This document shows positions 59,792-64,000 of a stretch of 64,000 bases of DNA, piece after piece (the stretch's first letter is position 1; each line of letters begins with the position of its first letter). A model generated the notes under the pieces. That model had not been told where the DNA came from, searched no databases, and saw only the letters and a program-made list of their open reading frames with translations. The DNA is from Trichormus sp. ATA11-4-KO1. GTDB lineage: Bacteria; Cyanobacteriota; Cyanobacteriia; Cyanobacteriales; Nostocaceae. The position numbers and the translations under genes are program-made. The stretch lies in contig JAHHIM010000036.1 in assembly GCA_019358915.1 (NCBI GenBank), positions 32,001-96,000 of the forward strand, in the 5' to 3' direction.

Positions 59792-62623
59792 ATGTCTGCT
59801 AATTCTCTGCCTGAAAGTACCGCCGTTTGGCATGGTTTGGATGTTGATAAAGCCTTAGACCTGCTTGATAGTAACGCAGATAGTGGCTTAACACCTCAAG
59901 ATGTGCAACAGCGACTACAAAAGTATGGCCCCAACGAACTAGAAGAAAATGATGGTCGCAGCGCTTGGGAAATCCTGCTGGATCAGTTCAAGAATATTAT
60001 GTTGTTGATGCTGATTGCAGTAGCTTTCATTTCTGGGTTTTTAGACTTCATGGCTTGGCAAGCAGGGGAATTCAAGGCTGGGGAAGTGCCATTCAAAGAT
60101 ACGATCGCGATTATGGCGATTGTGATTCTCAATGGTGTATTGGGCTATGTCCAAGAAACCCGTGCCGAAAAAGCCCTAGCAGCACTAAAAAAACTCACCT
60201 CTCCCTTAGTGCGCGTCCTCCGCAACGGCAAATTGATGGAGATAGCAGCTAAGGAACTAGTACCAGGAGATGTGATGCTGCTGGAAGCTGGGATGCAGAT
60301 AGCAGCAGATGGCCGCTTGATTGAACAGTCTAATTTACAAGTGCGGGAGTCGGCACTGACAGGGGAAGCCGAGGCTGTCAGCAAGCAGGCAAGTTTATTA
60401 TTACCTGAAGAAACATCATTAGGCGATCGCCTTAATTTAGTCTTTCAAGGTACGGAAGTTGTTCAAGGACGCGCCAAGGTGCTGGTCACCAACACCGGGA
60501 TGCAAACGGAACTTGGTAAAATTGCCACCATGTTGCAATCAGTGGAAAATGAACCAACTCCCTTGCAGCAGCGCATGACTCAACTAGGCAATGTCTTAGT
60601 TACAGGTTCATTGGTTCTGGTAGCGTTTGTAGTTGTCGGCGGGATTATCCAAGCCAGAGGTTTTGGCAACTTACGAGACCTTCTAGAAGTTTCCTTGAGT
60701 ATGGCAGTGGCTGTAGTCCCGGAAGGCTTACCTGCGGTGATTACCGTTACCCTGGCACTGGGAACCCAGCGCATGGTACGTCACAATGCCTTGATTCGCA
60801 AACTGCCAGCTGTAGAAACCTTGGGTTCTGTAACTACTATCTGTTCTGATAAAACTGGCACCCTAACTCAAAATAAAATGGTGGTGCAGTCAGTTTATAT
60901 TAACGAAACAGCTGTTCGCGTCACCGGTGAAGGTTATGCGCCTACAGGCGAGTTTCAGCTGGATAGTCAAGCAATTCCTGTAGCAGATTATCCCGAAATT
61001 TCCGCTTTGCTAGTCGCCTGTGCTGTTTGTAATGACTCAGTGCTGCAAAAAGAAAAAGGGGAATGGGCTATTTTGGGAGACCCCACAGAGGGTGCATTGG
61101 TAACTCTGGCAGGCAAAGCTGGCATTGAAAAAGACCAATGGAATAGCAAGTTACCCCGCATTGGTGAGTTTCCCTTTTCCTCCGAACGCAAACGGATGAG
61201 CGTCATTTGTCAATTAGACGGGAATGGGGAAAATACATCACCCTACTCCCGACTCCCCACTCCCTATTTAATGTTTACCAAAGGTTCGCCAGAGTTAACT
61301 TTGGCACGTTGTTCAGAAATTCATTTGCGTAATAACTCAGTTCCCTTGACCGACGAACAACGCCAGAAAATTTTGGCAGAAAATGACCGCATGGCGAGTA
61401 AAGGTTTACGGGTACTAGGTTTTGCTTACAAACCCTTGACAGAAATCCCCCCAGAAGGGTCAGATGAGACATCCGAGCAAAATTTGGTCTGGCTGGGATT
61501 GGTGGGAATGCTAGATGCCCCCCGCCCAGAGGTGAGGGCAGCCGTAAAAGAGTGTCGCGATGCAGGCATTCGCCCCATCATGATTACAGGCGACCACCAA
61601 TTAACAGCACGAGCGATCGCCATTGATTTGGGAATTGCCCAGGAAGATGACCGTGTACTTACAGGTCAAGAATTACAACGGATGAGTGACCAGGATTTAG
61701 AGGCAAACGTTGACCTGGTGAGCATCTACGCAAGAGTTGCCCCAGAACATAAACTACGAATTGTCCAAGCACTGCAACGTCGGGGTAAATTTGTCGCTAT
61801 GACCGGCGATGGTGTCAATGATGCTCCAGCTTTGAAACAAGCTGATATTGGCATTGCTATGGGCATTACTGGCACAGATGTGAGCAAAGAAGCCAGTGAT
61901 ATGGTGCTACTCGATGACAACTTTGCCACTATTGTTGCCGCCACAAAAGAAGGTAGAGTAGTTTACACCAATATCCGCCGCTTTATTAAATACATCCTCG
62001 GTAGTAACATTGGCGAAGTTCTCACCATTGCCTCAGCGCCACTGTTGGGACTGGGAGGAGTGCCCCTAACACCATTGCAAATTCTTTGGATGAACTTAGT
62101 CACAGACGGGTTACCCGCCTTGGCATTAGCTGTGGAACCTCCTGAACCAGATGTCATGAAACGTCCGCCTTTTAGTCCCCGCGAAAGTATATTTGCTAGG
62201 GGATTAGGTTCTTATATGATTCGCACAGGCATCATTTTCGCCATCATTACGATTATTTTGATGTTGTGGGCGTACAATCATACCCGAATATTAGTCCCAG
62301 GACTCGATCCAGAGCGATGGAAGACAATGGTATTCACCTCCCTCTGTGTGGCTCAAATGGGACATGCGATCGCCATTCGTTCTAACAACCAACTGACCAT
62401 AGAAATGAATCCCTTCTCCAATCTTTTTGTACTGGCGGCTGTGATTGTGACAACGCTTTTGCAACTCATGCTAGTTTACGTCCCACCCCTACGGGCTTTC
62501 TTTGGTCTGCAATGGCTACCACCCACAGAATTAGCAATCTGTTTTGGTTTCAGTTCCTTAATGTTTGTCTGGATTGAATTAGAGAAGCTATTCCTTCGAT
62601 TTATGGGCAAGAGGAGTGTTTAG
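59792..62623 (+). CDS. P-type IIA cation (probably Ca2+) transporting ATPase, PacL-like
   Basis: [43 protein letters not shown]. Confidence 0.95.
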   Translation: MSANSLPESTAVWHGLDVDKALDLLDSNADSGLTPQDVQQRLQKYGPNELEENDGRSAWEILLDQFKNIMLLMLIAVAFISGFLDFMAWQAGEFKAGEVPFKDTIAIMAIVILNGVLGYVQETRAEKALAALKKLTSPLVRVLRNGKLMEIAAKELVPGDVMLLEAGMQIAADGRLIEQSNLQVRESALTGEAEAVSKQASLLLPEETSLGDRLNLVFQGTEVVQGRAKVLVTNTGMQTELGKIATMLQSVENEPTPLQQRMTQLGNVLVTGSLVLVAFVVVGGIIQARGFGNLRDLLEVSLSMAVAVVPEGLPAVITVTLALGTQRMVRHNALIRKLPAVETLGSVTTICSDKTGTLTQNKMVVQSVYINETAVRVTGEGYAPTGEFQLDSQAIPVADYPEISALLVACAVCNDSVLQKEKGEWAILGDPTEGALVTLAGKAGIEKDQWNSKLPRIGEFPFSSERKRMSVICQLDGNGENTSPYSRLPTPYLMFTKGSPELTLARCSEIHLRNNSVPLTDEQRQKILAENDRMASKGLRVLGFAYKPLTEIPPEGSDETSEQNLVWLGLVGMLDAPRPEVRAAVKECRDAGIRPIMITGDHQLTARAIAIDLGIAQEDDRVLTGQELQRMSDQDLEANVDLVSIYARVAPEHKLRIVQALQRRGKFVAMTGDGVNDAPALKQADIGIAMGITGTDVSKEASDMVLLDDNFATIVAATKEGRVVYTNIRRFIKYILGSNIGEVLTIASAPLLGLGGVPLTPLQILWMNLVTDGLPALALAVEPPEPDVMKRPPFSPRESIFARGLGSYMIRTGIIFAIITIILMLWAYNHTRILVPGLDPERWKTMVFTSLCVAQMGHAIAIRSNNQLTIEMNPFSNLFVLAAVIVTTLLQLMLVYVPPLRAFFGLQWLPPTELAICFGFSSLMFVWIELEKLFLRFMGKRSV

Positions 62624-62673
62624 TAATTAAAAATTAAAAATTAAAAATTAAAAATCAGGAATTTTTAGTTTTT

Positions 62674-62847
62674 TAGGACTTACGCAAAATTTGCCAAAAA
62701 GCTCCCTTTATAGTTCGCGTAGCGTGCGCTAAGCGCGCCCGCGCGCAGCGATTGCCCGTAAGGGCTGTAGAACGCCTTCTCTACGAGACACTACGTAAAC
62801 GCGAAGCGTCTCGAAGAGAAGAATTCGTTGAGTGTGCGTAAGTCCTA
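62674..62847. mobile_element. MITE family C containing several nested small dispersed repeats
   Basis: Perfect 13-bp IR TAGGACTTACGCA / TGCGTAAGTCCTA. Confidence 0.85.
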
Positions 62848-62869
62848 TTTTTAATTTTTAATTATTCTT

Positions 62870-64000
62870 ATGTATCTGCAAAACCTACACCTGAGACAAT
62901 TTCGGAATTACCAAGACCAGAAGGTTGAGTTTACTGCTGCCAAAACTATTTTGGTGGGTAATAATGCTCAGGGAAAGTCCAATTTGTTGGAGGCGGTGGA
63001 GTTGCTGGCGACATTGCGATCGCATCGCATGGCACGCGATCGCGATTTAGTCCGGGAAGGTGAGGATATAGCTCAAATTCATGCCACCCTGGAACGACAA
63101 GCTGGGATTAGCGATCTGGCTTTAACTCTCCGCCGCAACGGTCGCCGCAGTGTAGCTATCAATGGTGAGTCGGTAAGGCGACAAATGGATTTTCTGGGTG
63201 TACTGAATGCCGTACAGTTTTCTAGTTTGGATTTAGACTTGGTACGCGGTGGCCCCGAAGGTCGCCGTAACTGGCTAGATACACTCTTAATTCAACTCGA
63301 ACCGATTTATGCTCACATTTTGCAGCAATACAATCAAGTATTACGCCAACGCAACGCCTTTTTAAAAAAAAATCAAGACTCAGCACTCAGCACTCCCCTT
63401 CGACTTCGCTCAGGGCAAGCGCACTCAGAACTTGCTGTATGGGATGCCCAGTTAGTTACCACCGGGACAAGAGTAATTAGAAGACGCGATCGCGCTATTC
63501 AAAGATTAGCTCCTATCGCTGCGGCTTGGCACGCCAGCATTAGCGGCAGTACAGAAGTTCTGCAAATCAATTATTTGCCTAATGTGCCTTTAGAAAAAAG
63601 CCATCCAGATGAGATCCAACAAGCTTTTTTAGCCAAAATTCAACAACGCACCTCAGCCGAACTGTACCGGGGTACTACCCTTGTCGGCCCCCATCGCGAC
63701 GAAGTAGAATTGACTATCAATCAAACACCCGCTCGTCAATATGGTTCTCAAGGTCAGCAGCGCACCTTAGTACTAGCTCTAAAATTAGCAGAATTACAAT
63801 TAATTGAAGAAGTTGTCAACGAGCCGCCATTGCTCTTACTTGATGATGTCCTCGCTGAATTAGACCCATCTCGCCAAAATCAATTACTTGATGCTATTCA
63901 AGACCGTTTTCAAACTCTAATTACTACCACTCACCTGAGTTCTTTTGATGCTCAATGGTTGAATTCTTCGCAAATTCTATTTGTAGAAGCAGGGAAAATA
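62870..64000 (+). CDS. recF: DNA replication/repair protein RecF (runs off the window end)
   Basis: Translated by hand: [14 protein letters not shown]...[13 protein letters not shown]...GSQGQQR...[11 protein letters not shown]; absent from the ORF track because there is no stop codon in the window. Confidence 0.97.
   Translation, partial: MYLQNLHLRQFRNYQDQKVEFTAAKTILVGNNAQGKSNLLEAVELLATLRSHRMARDRDLVREGEDIAQIHATLERQAGISDLALTLRRNGRRSVAINGESVRRQMDFLGVLNAVQFSSLDLDLVRGGPEGRRNWLDTLLIQLEPIYAHILQQYNQVLRQRNAFLKKNQDSALSTPLRLRSGQAHSELAVWDAQLVTTGTRVIRRRDRAIQRLAPIAAAWHASISGSTEVLQINYLPNVPLEKSHPDEIQQAFLAKIQQRTSAELYRGTTLVGPHRDEVELTINQTPARQYGSQGQQRTLVLALKLAELQLIEEVVNEPPLLLLDDVLAELDPSRQNQLLDAIQDRFQTLITTTHLSSFDAQWLNSSQILFVEAGKI

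Overview
Chromosomal segment of a heterocyst-forming cyanobacterium (Nostocales-like). This is inferred from frequent HIP1 octamers (GCGATCGC), heptamer STRR tracts, 21-45 nt dispersed repeats and genes such as hli, pcxA, ccmS and crhC. Most of the window is housekeeping (dusB, dnaK, msrA, lipB, hpf, lepA, nfu, GH57, pmbA, P-type ATPase, recF). Four accessory features stand out. (i) Between a convergent Ser/Thr-kinase-WD40 gene and a CLC channel gene lie two different cargo blocks, separated by diverged second copies of both host-gene 3' ends. Block 1 is an HglT-like glycosyltransferase + SDR + methyltransferase operon; block 2 is an SMR/EamA-type protein + OlsB-like acyltransferase. Both follow the same palindromic upstream motif. 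(ii) An AT-rich islet between dusB and dnaK carries a stand-alone polymorphic-toxin-like domain, a small winged-helix partner and a truncated Rpn gene. (iii) A CyRepA1-type plasmid replication primase-helicase sits in a purely chromosomal context. (iv) Several MITE families are present, two with clear 7- or 9-bp target-site duplications, alongside tiny repeats inserted in frame in genes. No rRNA, tRNA, CRISPR array, integrase or intact transposase was recognised. Family assignments come from motif recognition by eye, not database searches.
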